A DNA stretch of 64,000 bases from an uncultured Spirochaetota bacterium. GTDB lineage: Bacteria; Spirochaetota; UBA4802; UBA5550. Within the stretch, counting starts at the first letter, position 1. The number at the start of each line of letters is the position of its first letter. The stretch is from contig CAWHAA010000005.1 in NCBI GenBank assembly GCA_963827275.1, positions 617,924-681,923 on the forward strand, read 5' to 3'. This document shows positions 47,312 through 57,689 of the stretch, in pieces. The notes under the pieces are model-generated. The model saw only the letters and a list, made by a program, of their open reading frames with translations, searched no databases and was not told where the DNA came from. The translations under genes were made by a program, and so were the position numbers.

Positions 47312-48535
47312 CTACCCGAGCGCCTTGCCGATACGATCGAGCGCGCGGTCCACGTTTTCATGGGAATTGAAGGCGCTGATGCGCACATATCCTTCTCCGC
47401 ATTTTCCGAACCCGGCGCCGGGCGTGCACACGACGCAGGCTTTTTCAAGCATCATGTCAAAGAAGGCCCAGGAATCGCGCCCTCCCTTGATCCAGATATA
47501 GGGCGCATTCACGCCGCCGGTGCAGGAGAACCCGAGCGCGCCCATTCCTTTCCTGATGCGTGCCGCGTTTTCCAGGTAGTAATCGCCGAGCTCTTTTACC
47601 TGCCTTCGCCCTTCGTCAGAATAGACCGCTTCCGCCGCGCGCTGCACCGGGTAAGAGACCCCGTTGAACTTGGTCGTCTGACGCCTCAGCCAGAGCTGGT
47701 GGAGAAAAATCGGCTCGTCCTTTTTGGTAAAGGCGCGGCATTTCTTCGGAATCACGGTGAAAGCGCAGCGGGTACCTGTGAAGCCGGCGGTCTTGGAAAA
47801 ACTCCGGAACTCCACCGCGACCTCATCGGCGCCATCAATTTCGTATATGCTGCGGGGAATGCTGTCATCACGAATAAAGCTTTCATAGGCCGCGTCATAC
47901 AGGATGAGTGCCCTGTTCTCGCGCGCGTAGTGCACCCACTTTGCGAGATCCTCTTTTGTCGCGGTCGCGCCCGTCGGATTATTTGGAAAGCAGAGATATA
48001 TGAGATCTACTTTCTCGGCGGGTAGATCGGGCACAAACCCGTTCGCCTCGTTTGAATCGAGGTACACGAGCCCCCGATAGCGTCCGTCACTGTTTTCGCC
48101 GGCTCGGCCCGCCATAACGTTTGTGTCCACATACACGGGATAGACCGGGTCGGGTACGGCAATGACGATGTCGTTGGCGAAAAGCTCCTGGATATTGCCG
48201 GTATCGCACTTGGCCCCGTCGCTCACGAAGATCTCGTCCGCGGCAATGGCAGCTCCGCGCGACCGGTAGTCGTATTCCGCAATTTTTTCACGGAGAAAGT
48301 CGTAGCCCTGCTCGGGACCGTATCCCCGGAATGTCTTTCCTGATGCCATGTCATCGACGGCCTTATGAAAGGCTGCAATGCAAGCGGACGGAAGGGGGAG
48401 AGTGACGTCGCCGATACCGAGCCGGATAATATCTTTTCCCGGATTTTTTTTCTCGAATTCAGAAACCCGTTTCGCTATGTCCGAAAAAAGATATGACGCC
48501 TTGAGCTTCAGGTAATTTTCATTGATACGTATCAT
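47312..48535 (-). CDS. dapL: LL-diaminopimelate aminotransferase
   Basis: 407 aa. [49 protein letters not shown] is the DapL N-terminus. PLP Lys region [15 protein letters not shown] is present. Confidence 0.85.
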   Translation of the reverse strand: MIRINENYLKLKASYLFSDIAKRVSEFEKKNPGKDIIRLGIGDVTLPLPSACIAAFHKAVDDMASGKTFRGYGPEQGYDFLREKIAEYDYRSRGAAIAADEIFVSDGAKCDTGNIQELFANDIVIAVPDPVYPVYVDTNVMAGRAGENSDGRYRGLVYLDSNEANGFVPDLPAEKVDLIYLCFPNNPTGATATKEDLAKWVHYARENRALILYDAAYESFIRDDSIPRSIYEIDGADEVAVEFRSFSKTAGFTGTRCAFTVIPKKCRAFTKKDEPIFLHQLWLRRQTTKFNGVSYPVQRAAEAVYSDEGRRQVKELGDYYLENAARIRKGMGALGFSCTGGVNAPYIWIKGGRDSWAFFDMMLEKACVVCTPGAGFGKCGEGYVRISAFNSHENVDRALDRIGKALG

Positions 48536-48616
48536 ATAACCTCATAACCGGCAATTCCCGGTGCATATGTATCTGGAGATACCGGGCATCAGCACACACT
48601 AATTGTCCGTTTTTTA

Positions 48617-49087
48617 TCAAGCAATTTTTTCAATTACAAGGTCAGCCGGGATTCGGGAATAGTTTCTCCGGGTGGGGGGGAGGCCCCAGTGGAGTTTCCA
48701 GCAGATTATTCCATCAACAATCTCCCTGACAACAAGATAATTTCTGTATGTATAGTTATCGGTATTATTTTTCTTATTCATATACTTTAAGAATTTTTTT
48801 AATGCATATGCAAGGATCAACGAAACAGACATCTTGAACAACTTCCTTAAATCCAAAAAATACTCGTAATCATCTTCCCTTAAACTTAAATGAAATGCAT
48901 GCCACTCCCCCGGGGGCATCCTCTTTTGATATTGCACCATCTTCCCAAGCCGTGCAGGATCAGGAATATCATCCATAACTTTTTTTATCAGGTGAGTTAT
49001 CAATTCCGATCTTGTGATTCCATGTGCATGCGCAACTGAGGTTATCTGCTCCAGCGCCGTAATACTGATATTAAGGGTTGTATCCAT
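48617..49087 (-). CDS. Hypothetical protein in a low-GC (about 40%) segment
   Basis: 156-aa ORF with base composition atypical for the genome and no recognisable domain. It contains a variant of the inverted-repeat motif (TATAGTTATCGG, 48751-48762) inside the ORF. Its status as a coding gene is uncertain. Confidence 0.4.
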   Translation of the reverse strand: MDTTLNISITALEQITSVAHAHGITRSELITHLIKKVMDDIPDPARLGKMVQYQKRMPPGEWHAFHLSLREDDYEYFLDLRKLFKMSVSLILAYALKKFLKYMNKKNNTDNYTYRNYLVVREIVDGIICWKLHWGLPPTRRNYSRIPADLVIEKIA

Positions 49088-49187
49088 TATTGTATCCCTG
49101 AGTTTATTTATAAGGGATACGAAAAATATAATTGTATTGTTAAAATTTTTTTATGGACTATATATTTTTTTGCAATAAATTATATAG

Positions 49188-49200
49188 CGATAGTTATCGG
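49188..49200. repeat. Copy of the inverted-repeat motif CGATAGTTATCGG in the divergent promoter region
   Basis: AGCGATAGTTATCGGTG lies between the low-GC hypothetical gene (start 49087, minus) and the radical-SAM gene (start 49249, plus). Confidence 0.7.
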
Positions 49201-49248
49201 TGAAATGCACACTCTTTTCCCCTTGACGTATCCCGCCACCTGGTTAAC

Positions 49249-50151
49249 ATGAACGCAATGACGCCCCCAACCGACACACTCATGGCGCACTGCACCCTCT
49301 GCCCGCGGGAATGCGGAGCGGACAGGAGCATTACATCGGGCTACTGCAGCGGTACGGACCGGGTCATCGTGAATACCCACCAGCTCCACCACTGGGAAGA
49401 ACCGGTGCTCTCCGGGTCGCAAGGGAGCGGTACTATCTTCTTTTCGAACTGCACCATGCGCTGCGTCTACTGCCAGAACTTCGAGATAAGCTGGCTTGGC
49501 TGCGGCAGGCCCCGCACGACCGAAGAGCTCTGCGCCATGATGATAGAACTGCAGCAGCGCGGCGCGCACAATATAAACCTGGTGACCCCGAGCCACTACA
49601 CGCCGCAGATACGGGATGCCCTGCGCATCGCGCTTGATCGGGGCCTTACCGTCCCGGTGGTGTGGAACAGCAACGCATACGAAAAACCGGAAACCCTGCG
49701 GCTCGTGGAGGGACTGGTTGATATTTATCTCCCGGATTTCCGTTACTTTAACCCCGCGACCGCCGTACGTTATTCCGGCGCGCCCGACTATCCGGAATGG
49801 GCAAAGAAGGCGATAGCCGAGATGCACCGCCAGGTCGGCACTCTCACCCTGGACGGAGACATCGCCAAACGGGGCGTGCTCATCCGTCTCCTGGTCCTGC
49901 CGGGGCTCACCGCGGAGATCAAAAACATGCTTGAATGGATCGCGGCCTCGATCGGCCCTGACACATGGATCAGCCTGATGGGACAGTATTACCCCACCTG
50001 CCGCTCGCATGAATTCCCGGAGATCAACCGGGGAATCACCGCGGAAGAATACGAGGAATGCCGCGCCCGCATGGAAGAGCTCGGTTTTGAGAACGGGTTC
50101 GTGCAGGGAGTGGGATCATCACGGGACTACACGCCGGACTTCAGGGAATAG
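49249..50151 (+). CDS. Radical SAM protein, PflX-like (COG1313; pyruvate-formate-lyase-activating-enzyme-like)
   Basis: 300 aa. CTLCPRECGADR...GYCS...HHWEEPVLSGSQGSGTIFFSNCTMRCVYCQNFEIS is the CxxxCxxC radical-SAM cluster in its PflX-family context. Confidence 0.75.
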   Translation: MNAMTPPTDTLMAHCTLCPRECGADRSITSGYCSGTDRVIVNTHQLHHWEEPVLSGSQGSGTIFFSNCTMRCVYCQNFEISWLGCGRPRTTEELCAMMIELQQRGAHNINLVTPSHYTPQIRDALRIALDRGLTVPVVWNSNAYEKPETLRLVEGLVDIYLPDFRYFNPATAVRYSGAPDYPEWAKKAIAEMHRQVGTLTLDGDIAKRGVLIRLLVLPGLTAEIKNMLEWIAASIGPDTWISLMGQYYPTCRSHEFPEINRGITAEEYEECRARMEELGFENGFVQGVGSSRDYTPDFRE

Positions 50152-50152
50152 G

Positions 50153-51451
50153 TCACTCGAAGCGCACGTTCACAGAGCCGCCGTGCTTGTCGTCAAAGCC
50201 CTCAATGCGCGACATCTCGTTCACCGGCCCGCGGGCCTTCGCAAGCGCATCGCGCGACAGGAGCTGGTAGGTGGTCCTGCGCATGAAGGTCTCGACCGAG
50301 GTGCCCGATGAGAAACGCGCGGCGCCGCCCGTCGGAAGGATATGGTTCGTGCCGGAAAAGTAGTCGCCGACGGCGACCGGCGCGTAATCGCCCAGGAAAA
50401 GCGATCCCACGTTCCGGATCTTCCCGAGGTATTCCATCGGGTTTTCCACCATGAGCTCCATGTGCTCCGGGCCGAAGTTGTTCGAAAAATCGATCGCTTC
50501 GCCGATATCCTCCACCAGGAGAATGAGCCCGTTTTTTTCGATGGACGCCTTCTTGATCTCATGCCGTCCGCCGCCGGCATTCAGGTCCATGTCGATCTCT
50601 CCCCGTACGCTCTCGGCAAGGTCGCGCGACGTCGTGACGAGGATCGCCATGGCCCGCTCTTCATGCTCGGCCTGGGAAAGGAGGTCCCAGGCCACCCATT
50701 TCGGGTTGGCCCTGCCGTCGGCGATGATGAGGACCTCGCTCGGCCCGGCAAGCGAGTCTATCTGCACCGCGCCCATGCTGAAGAGGTAGGTCTTGGCCGC
50801 GGTCACGTAGATATTGCCCGGGCCCACGATGATCTCCGACTTCCGCACGCTCTCTGTCCCGAACCCGGCGGCGGCGATCCCCTGGGCGCCGCCCGCTTTG
50901 ATCACGGTGTCCACCCCGGTCATGGCGCACACCGCGCCGATGACGTCGGGGAGCCTGCCGTTCTTATCGGGCGGGGTGATAAGGGTGATCTTCTCCACGC
51001 CGGCAAGCTTTGCCGGGATCACGCCCATGAGCACCGACGACGGGTAGGACGCTTTTCCTCCCGGAACGTATACCGCGGCGCTCTCTATCGGCCGGTATTG
51101 CATCCCCAGCACGGCGCCGTCGCCCCGCTCGAGGCGGATGTCCTCCCGCGACTGGAGGCGGTGGAATTCCTCTATATTGTGCTTCGCTTCCAGGAATGCA
51201 TTGGTAAGGCCGGATCCCGTGTTCCGCCGACCCGCCTCGATCTCATCCGGCGTGGCAATGACGGAGTCAAGAATGACGCCGTCGAATCTTTTCGTATATT
51301 CTTTCACGGCCCGGTCACCGTTCTTTCTCACATCGTTGACGATCGGGACCACCGTATCGATCATGATGGCGGTGAAGTCCTCGCCGAAACGGCTGAAGAG
51401 CCGTCCAAGCTCGGCCGAGGTGAGATCGTTTAACTTCCTGATGGGGACCAT
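50153..51451 (-). CDS. hisD: Histidinol dehydrogenase
   Basis: 432 aa. MVPIRKLNDL..., the metal/NAD motifs (...GPGNIYVTAAK..., ...SQAEHEE..., ...HLEL...) and the C-terminal ...GGSVNVRFE. Ribosome-binding site GAAGGAG. Confidence 0.9.
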   Translation of the reverse strand: MVPIRKLNDLTSAELGRLFSRFGEDFTAIMIDTVVPIVNDVRKNGDRAVKEYTKRFDGVILDSVIATPDEIEAGRRNTGSGLTNAFLEAKHNIEEFHRLQSREDIRLERGDGAVLGMQYRPIESAAVYVPGGKASYPSSVLMGVIPAKLAGVEKITLITPPDKNGRLPDVIGAVCAMTGVDTVIKAGGAQGIAAAGFGTESVRKSEIIVGPGNIYVTAAKTYLFSMGAVQIDSLAGPSEVLIIADGRANPKWVAWDLLSQAEHEERAMAILVTTSRDLAESVRGEIDMDLNAGGGRHEIKKASIEKNGLILLVEDIGEAIDFSNNFGPEHMELMVENPMEYLGKIRNVGSLFLGDYAPVAVGDYFSGTNHILPTGGAARFSSGTSVETFMRRTTYQLLSRDALAKARGPVNEMSRIEGFDDKHGGSVNVRFE

Positions 51452-51517
51452 CTGGCGCTCCTTCGTTATTTCATTGCCCGGGGGCCCGCGCGCGTCATGC
51501 GGGCGTGACCTGTTTGT

Positions 51518-51547
51518 ATTCTGTAATTGTCCTGTCAGCCTGTCAAT
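51518..51547 (-). promoter_or_regulatory. Candidate hisD promoter
   Basis: On the minus strand: TTGACA (51547-51542), an 18-nt spacer, CAGAAT (51523-51518). It lies about 70 bp upstream of the hisD ATG. Confidence 0.3.
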
Positions 51548-51582
51548 GATTTAACGTACGGCTGCCGGGCATCTTGCGGTCA

Positions 51583-51633
51583 AAAAAAAGGTGTCGCAAC
51601 GGGAGGAGGTTTTGATTCCTCTCCTCCCGTTGA
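51583..51633 (-). terminator. Rho-independent terminator (minus strand) upstream of the hisD promoter
   Basis: On the minus strand: CAACGGGAGGAGAGG aatcaaaa CCTCCTCCCGTTG followed by TTTTTTTT. It insulates hisD from transcription coming from the luxR-type regulator gene. Confidence 0.6.
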
Positions 51634-51853
51634 ACACCGGGGGGGGGTGGTTGCGGTTAATTCAGAGGATTTTCTGTTGTCACTATGAACGTACTGAATC
51701 CACCTTTGTATGACAATAACCGGGTCTGGTAATTATTCCGTCTGGTTTCCGTGGTCTGTGATAACGGATTCCGCTATCATGGTTGAAGGTATGTTGTTCC
51801 GGGAAATCGGAGAGTGCAGGAAAACGCGACATCACCCGGGGCGGACGCTGGCA

Positions 51854-52516
51854 TTATTTACTCTGTGACACGACCCACTGGACAGCGGCTTTCACAAGCT
51901 CCGGCCCCTTCTGGATGCCCAGCTTGTCCTTGATCTTTTTGCGGTGGCTCTCGATGGTATTCACGCTGATATTCAGCTTCTTTGCTATGTCGCCGGTGCT
52001 CATACCGCCGCCGATCATGCGGAATATCTCAAGTTCGCGGTCAGACAGAATCTCAGGCATGGACTCCCCGCCGGTCTCCTTTCCCTGGAAGAGGCGGTCA
52101 ATGATCTTCATGGAGATCCTTCCGCTCAGGTAGAGCTCCCCGCTCATGACGGTCCGTATTGCCTGGATGATGACCGCCGGGGCCTCTTTTTTCGCCACGT
52201 AGCCGCGCGCGCCTGCGCGCAGGGCCCGCTCCGCGTAGATGTTCTCGTCGTGCATCGAAAGCACCAGGACCTTGACCGCGGGGAAGCGGTCCTTCATGGC
52301 CTTGATAAGGTCGATGCCGCTTGTTTCGCTCTCCATCGAAATATCGACGATGGCGAGGTCCGGCTCTTCCTGGCTGATGCAGCGGATCGCCTCTTCCGCG
52401 CTGCCCGCTTCGTTGATGACCGAAAGCCCCTGCTCTTTTTCAATGACCTTCTTCATTCCCTGGCGCACCAGTGGATGGTCGTCGACGATAATGATCCTTG
52501 TGTTCTGTTCCGCCAT
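51854..52516 (-). CDS. NarL/FixJ-type response regulator (REC + LuxR-type HTH)
   Basis: 220 aa. IIIVDDHPLVRQG...LAIVDISM (REC) and a C-terminal LSDRELEIFRMIGGGMSTGDIAKKLNISVNTIESHRKKI (LuxR/GerE HTH). Confidence 0.85.
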   Translation of the reverse strand: MAEQNTRIIIVDDHPLVRQGMKKVIEKEQGLSVINEAGSAEEAIRCISQEEPDLAIVDISMESETSGIDLIKAMKDRFPAVKVLVLSMHDENIYAERALRAGARGYVAKKEAPAVIIQAIRTVMSGELYLSGRISMKIIDRLFQGKETGGESMPEILSDRELEIFRMIGGGMSTGDIAKKLNISVNTIESHRKKIKDKLGIQKGPELVKAAVQWVVSQSK

Positions 52517-52674
52517 GGTCCGGCCTTTTATCCCGGGGCCCCGCAGCGAAGGCGCCGCCGGGCCCGGTGAGATTCTCTTCTATAAATAAATATCCTAAAT
52601 AAAAACGACCTTGTCAATAGTAAATTATCGTATTCCGCGCATAACAGAATCCATTACTGGGCCGCCAGGCGACG

Positions 52675-55084
52675 TCAGGCATTGCCGTCGATAAATTCCT
52701 TCCTGATCATGACGCGGACGGTAAATCCCCGGCCGCCGGTATGAAACGAGCAGGAACCGCCGATGATCCCCGCCCGGTACCGCATGATCCGCAGCCCGAT
52801 CCCCTTGCTCTCATCGAACGTATCCGCCGCTCCCGAGCCGTTATCGTGGACCTCGAGATAGAGATGGTCCGTATCATCGGCAAGGCGGATCTCTATCCGG
52901 TCCGCCTTACCGTGCTTGATGGCGTTATTGATCGACTCCCGCGCGATGAAGTAGAGGTTGGTCACCACCGCGCCGTTGGTCACCGGCCCGGAGATGCCGC
53001 TGTCAAGCGTGCAGGTTATGCCGAAGAGGTCCTCGGTGTCCTCGGCCAGCTCGCGCAGCGCGCGCCGGACGTCATGCGACTCAAGACGCGTCGTCCAGAG
53101 TCCCCGCGATATCTTACGCGCATCGTCGATGGATTCCGCGATATTGGCGCTGATCTCCTCGACATCCGCCAGCTCCGGGTAATTCTTTTCCCGCATGGAG
53201 CGCTTCAGCGCCTCTGCCAGGAACCCGATGCCGGTCAGCTTCTGGCCCAGGCCGTCGTGCAGGTCCTGTCCGATCCGCTTCCGCTCGAGCTCGCTGATCT
53301 CCATGATCTCTTTCTGGAGGCGCCTCGTCTCCGTGATGTCGTGCGAGAAAACGGCCAGCTTGGTGACGACCCCCCGGGAATCGGTAACGGGGTACATGAT
53401 CGTGTCATACCAGCTCCTGCCGATCCGGTGCTCGAAGCGGACCGCCTTGCCCGAACGCTCCACCGCGTCCATCTTTTCCCTGTAGCGGCCGGCATCGGCC
53501 TCCCTGATATAATCGAACATCGACCGGCCGATGACCTCCGACCTTCGGCCTGGCAAGCCTCTTTTCCAGCTCGGCATTCAGGTCGATGACGGTGCCGTCG
53601 GCGGACACCAGGAACACCGGCTCGCTCGGCGAATTGATGAGGGCGCGCGCGACCTCCTCGCCCTCCCGGAGCAGGAGCTCCGCCTTCTTCCTCTCCTCGA
53701 TTTCGCTCCGAAGCTTCGCGGTCCGCTCCCGGACGCGCTGCTCGAGCAGCTCGTTCGCTTCCGTGAGCGCACGCTCGTAATTCTGCCGCTGCAGGGTCAG
53801 GGCGTAGAGGTCGGCGATTCGGCGCGCCGTTTCAAGGTCACGCTCCGTGTAGTCATGGGGCGCGTTCGCCAGCGCGATCTGGCCGAGGAGCGTATCACCG
53901 ACCACGGCCGGGACCGACAGGAAATTTTTAAGATGGACATGGCCGGCGGGAACACCGCTGGACGCCGTGTGCCCGCCGGGAGAATTCGTGTAAAACGGCC
54001 TCAGCGTGTTGAGCGAATGTCCCCAGAGCCCGCCGTAGGCGCCGTCGGCCCCGGCGGGAAACCTGACCAGGTCGTGGCCGTTCTTGATATTGCATTCTTC
54101 ATCCATCATCTGCGAAAGGGTGTGGCAGAGGAGGTCCCGGGTCCGGGAATCAATGATCCCGGCGTACCCGTGCTCGCTGCCGGTGAGGGCCCGTGCGTGG
54201 CGGAGCACCATCGCCGACATCTCCTCGATCGCGATTCCCGGCCTGATCATGAACTCCGAAAGGTCCGCGAGCGCGGCGTTCACGGACAGCTCCCACTGTA
54301 GATTTTCCTCCAGCATTTTACGCCGGGATATGTCCCGCACGATTCCCAGGAGGTGCTTCGGCTGGCCCGCCTCGTCGCGGATGACCGTAAGGGTAAGGTC
54401 GATCGGGAAGACCGTGCCGTCCCTCCGCATTGACTTGTATTCGGTGGTCTGCTGGGCGTCGGCCTTGATGTTTTTCCTCAGGTTGCGCTTCGCGCGTTCC
54501 CGCTCCTCCTCCGAAAAAAGCGAGAACACCGTGACCCCCGACGATTTCATCTCCTCGAAGCTTTCAAAGCCGTACATGGCGAGGAACTTCCTGTTCGCCA
54601 TCAGGAAATTCATGTCAAGGTCGGTGAGCGCGATGCCGTCCGGTGAAATCTCGACGAGGGTGCGGTAGCGCACCTCGCTGTCGCGCAGTTTTTTCTCCAG
54701 TCCGCTCCTCTGCAGGGCGGTCTCGATGGTCGTGTACAGGTCGTCGGTGCCCACCGGCTTGACCAGGTACCCGTGCGGGTGGGTCTCGAGGGCCCTCCGG
54801 AACATGTCCGGCGAGCTGTAGGCGGTGAAATAGATCACCGGTATGTCCATCGTTTTCTTGATCTGCCTGACCGCTTCTATCCCGTTCATTTCTCCTTCGA
54901 GGGTGATGTCCGCGATGATCAGGTCCGGTTCAAGCTCCACCGCCTTTTCCACCGCCTCGGCGCCCGAGGAGAGCGGGTCATACACCTCGTAGCCGATCCG
55001 GCGCAGGGTGTTGCGGATATCGAGCGCGGTAAGGCGGTCGTCTTCGACGATCATGATGCGGGCGTTGGTCAGGCGTTCTTTCAT
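52675..55084 (-). CDS. Hybrid sensor histidine kinase (REC-PAS-GAF-PAS-HisKA_3-HATPase); apparent frame shift near 53540-53560
   Basis: Upstream ORF (55084..53405): REC (IMIVEDDRLTALDI...LIIADITLEG), PAS, GAF-like, coiled-coil, then the start of a second PAS (ALINSPSEPVFLVSADGTVIDLNAELEKRL). The second PAS continues in another frame (ORF 53577..52675: RRSEVIGRSMFDYIREADAGRYREKMDAVERSGKAVRFEHRIGRSWYDTIMYPV...). That second ORF then carries the NarX-type H-box ERKRIGQDLHDGLGQ and the HATPase N/G-boxes. Confidence 0.8.
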
Positions 55085-55100
55085 GATGATCTCCTCCCGG

Positions 55101-56771
55101 TCAGGGACGGAACCGCTGGGCGATGGGGATCCTGCGCCCCACGCCGAAAGCCTTCGCGGTCACCTTTATCCCGGGGGCGGCCTGGCGCCGCTTGTACTCG
55201 TTGATGTTCACGGTGTGAAGCACCTTTCGCACCAGCTCCTCCGGGAAACCGTGGGCCACGATCTCGCCGACCGAATGGCGGTCCTCGATGTAGAGCTCGA
55301 GGATCCGGTCGAGGACCTCGTACGGCGGGAGGGTGTCCTGGTCCTTCTGGTTGGGCCGCAGCTCGGCCGAAGGCGGCTTGGTGATGGAGTCGGCGGGAAT
55401 GATCTCGCGGTCGGCATTGATGTGCCGCGACAGCTCGTAGACCAGCGTCTTCGGCAGGTCCGATATGACGGCAAGCCCGCCCGACATGTCGCCGTAGAGG
55501 GTGCAGTATCCCATCGCCAGCTCCGACTTGTTCCCTGTCGAGAGGACCAGGCTCCGTTCCTTGTTGCTCACCGCCATGAGGATGTTGCCCCGGATGCGGG
55601 CCTGGATATTCTCCTCGGTCACGTCCTCCGGCCGGTCGCCGAAGAGCGCCTTCAGGTCCTGGCGGTACCGGTCATGGAGCGCCCCGATGGGCACGGTCTC
55701 GAAGCGGATCCCGAGGTTCTCCGCGAGTATCCGCGAGTCATCCACGCTGCCGGTCGATGAATACACCGAGGGCATGGTGATGCCGGTGACGTTCTCCGGC
55801 CCCAGGGCCTGGGCCGCCAGCGCCGCGGTGAGGGCGGAATCGATACCGCCGGAGAGGCCGATCACCACGCTTGTAAACCCGCACTTGCGCACGTAGTCGC
55901 GGATACCCAGGACGAGGGCCCGGCGTATGTCCTCGATTTCATTGTCCGTTATGATGACCTCGCTCCCGGAGGAGAGGTCGACGACGGCAAGGTCCTCATC
56001 AAAGGGCCGGGCGCGGCCGATCACCCTCCCGGCGGCGTTGACCGCGATGCTGTTGCCGTCAAAGACGAGGCTGTCGTTGCCGCCCACCTGGTTCACGTAC
56101 ACCACGGGGAGGGCGTGCTTCCTCGCCACTGCCGAGAGCATCGCGCGCTTGTACCGGTTTTTGCCCCGGGTGAAGGGGGACGCGGAGATGTTCACGATGA
56201 GGTCCGCCCCGCGCTCAACGATGTCCCTGACCGGGTTGACGTCGTAGCTCCTGGTGTAATCGAACCGCTCGCCGCCGTCAGCCCCCGCGGCCTTCTCTTC
56301 GTCAAGGCTCAGGTCGTTCCATATGTCCTCGCAGATGGTGATGCCGATCCTGCGGCCGCGAAACTCGACGACCGTGTGCTCCCGCCCGGGCGAAAAGTAC
56401 CGGCGCTCGTCGAAAACGTCGTAGGTCGGGAGCAGGGACTTGTAATTGCGCGCCGTGATCTTCCCGTCTGTCATGAACGCGGCGGCGTTATAGAGCAGCG
56501 GATAATTGTGAGGGTCGATGTCCACGAAGCCGCAGAGCACCGCCATCCCCCGGCTGTGGCCGGCGATCTCTTCAATCAATGCGAGGTTGTCGTCTATGAG
56601 CTTCCTGCTCTCAAGGAGGTCCATCGGCGGATACCCGATGGTGGCCATTTCAGGAAAGATGACCATATCAGCCCCCCCGGCCCTGGCGGTTTTTATTGAA
56701 GAGATAATCTTGTCCCTGTTGCCCGCAATATCAGCTATGGTCGGGTTAATCTGGGCCATGGCAATTTTCAT
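55101..56771 (-). CDS. nadE: Glutamine-dependent NAD+ synthetase
   Basis: 556 aa. N-terminal CN-hydrolase domain (MKIAMAQINPTIADIAGN...VIFPEMATIGYPP) and C-terminal NAD-synthase PP-loop (VVIGLSGGIDSALTAALA). Confidence 0.9.
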   Translation of the reverse strand: MKIAMAQINPTIADIAGNRDKIISSIKTARAGGADMVIFPEMATIGYPPMDLLESRKLIDDNLALIEEIAGHSRGMAVLCGFVDIDPHNYPLLYNAAAFMTDGKITARNYKSLLPTYDVFDERRYFSPGREHTVVEFRGRRIGITICEDIWNDLSLDEEKAAGADGGERFDYTRSYDVNPVRDIVERGADLIVNISASPFTRGKNRYKRAMLSAVARKHALPVVYVNQVGGNDSLVFDGNSIAVNAAGRVIGRARPFDEDLAVVDLSSGSEVIITDNEIEDIRRALVLGIRDYVRKCGFTSVVIGLSGGIDSALTAALAAQALGPENVTGITMPSVYSSTGSVDDSRILAENLGIRFETVPIGALHDRYRQDLKALFGDRPEDVTEENIQARIRGNILMAVSNKERSLVLSTGNKSELAMGYCTLYGDMSGGLAVISDLPKTLVYELSRHINADREIIPADSITKPPSAELRPNQKDQDTLPPYEVLDRILELYIEDRHSVGEIVAHGFPEELVRKVLHTVNINEYKRRQAAPGIKVTAKAFGVGRRIPIAQRFRP

Positions 56772-57056
56772 AGTTGGATCCCTCGATGAAATTCCTTTTC
56801 GATGATAAATTTTATCCTTTTTTAATCAATTATTATTTTACCGTATCTGGACTTTTTGATTTTTATGTTCAGATTTTTTTTAGTGCTCCAATACGGCCTG
56901 AAATTCAATGGATACCCCGATTTTTTAAAGCACTATATAATGTCCGGAAAAAAAATAAGGGTGTCAGAGTAAATTATTGCTGTTAATCATTGACATTTTT
57001 CCATGCCGCCGTACCTTGATTTTGTAACCCGTACAACGTTCCAGGGTCTTTAGTTA

Positions 57057-57689
57057 ATGGATGCTTATTATATCCCCACGGTTTTTTTTACTCTTTTTTT
57101 TGTGGTAGATCCCCTGGGACTCATCCCGGTGTTTCTTCTCTATCTGGGAGGGTTTCAGGACCGCAAAAGAAGAGTGATGATAATACGGTCAATTTTGATT
57201 TCAATAGCGGTGTCCGTATTTTTCATCATCCTGGGCAGATACCTGCTCAGGTTTCTGGGGATTTCAACAGGATCCTTCCTGGTTGCAGGAGGGATCCTGC
57301 TTTTTATTATCGCCATGGAGATGCTCCTCGGCCAGGTCTCGCGGGTCAAGATGAGAAACATCGGCGACCGCGACCAGCCGGACGAGGAACGGGACGTGTC
57401 CGTGTTCCCCCTGGCGATCCCGATGCTCTGCGGCCCGGGGAACATCGCCGCGCTGGTCATGTTCAGCACGCAGGCGGAAGGCGATCTCCTGAAGCTCGGC
57501 CTGATCGTCCTCATCTCAACGGCGGTGTTCCTGATCGCCATGGCCGTGATGTTCTTCTCGCATCGCATCGGCGCCGTCCTGGGAAGCACCGGCATCTCCA
57601 TCATCCAGAAATTGATGGGCCTGATCCTGTCGGCCATGTCGGTGCAGTTCATCAGGAACGGGTTATACGAGCTCGGAATTTTTAAATGA
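57057..57689 (+). CDS. MarC family (UPF0056) membrane protein
   Basis: 210 aa, 6 predicted transmembrane helices, conserved MarC segments (PLAIPMLCGPGNIAALVMFS). Confidence 0.8.
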   Translation: MDAYYIPTVFFTLFFVVDPLGLIPVFLLYLGGFQDRKRRVMIIRSILISIAVSVFFIILGRYLLRFLGISTGSFLVAGGILLFIIAMEMLLGQVSRVKMRNIGDRDQPDEERDVSVFPLAIPMLCGPGNIAALVMFSTQAEGDLLKLGLIVLISTAVFLIAMAVMFFSHRIGAVLGSTGISIIQKLMGLILSAMSVQFIRNGLYELGIFK

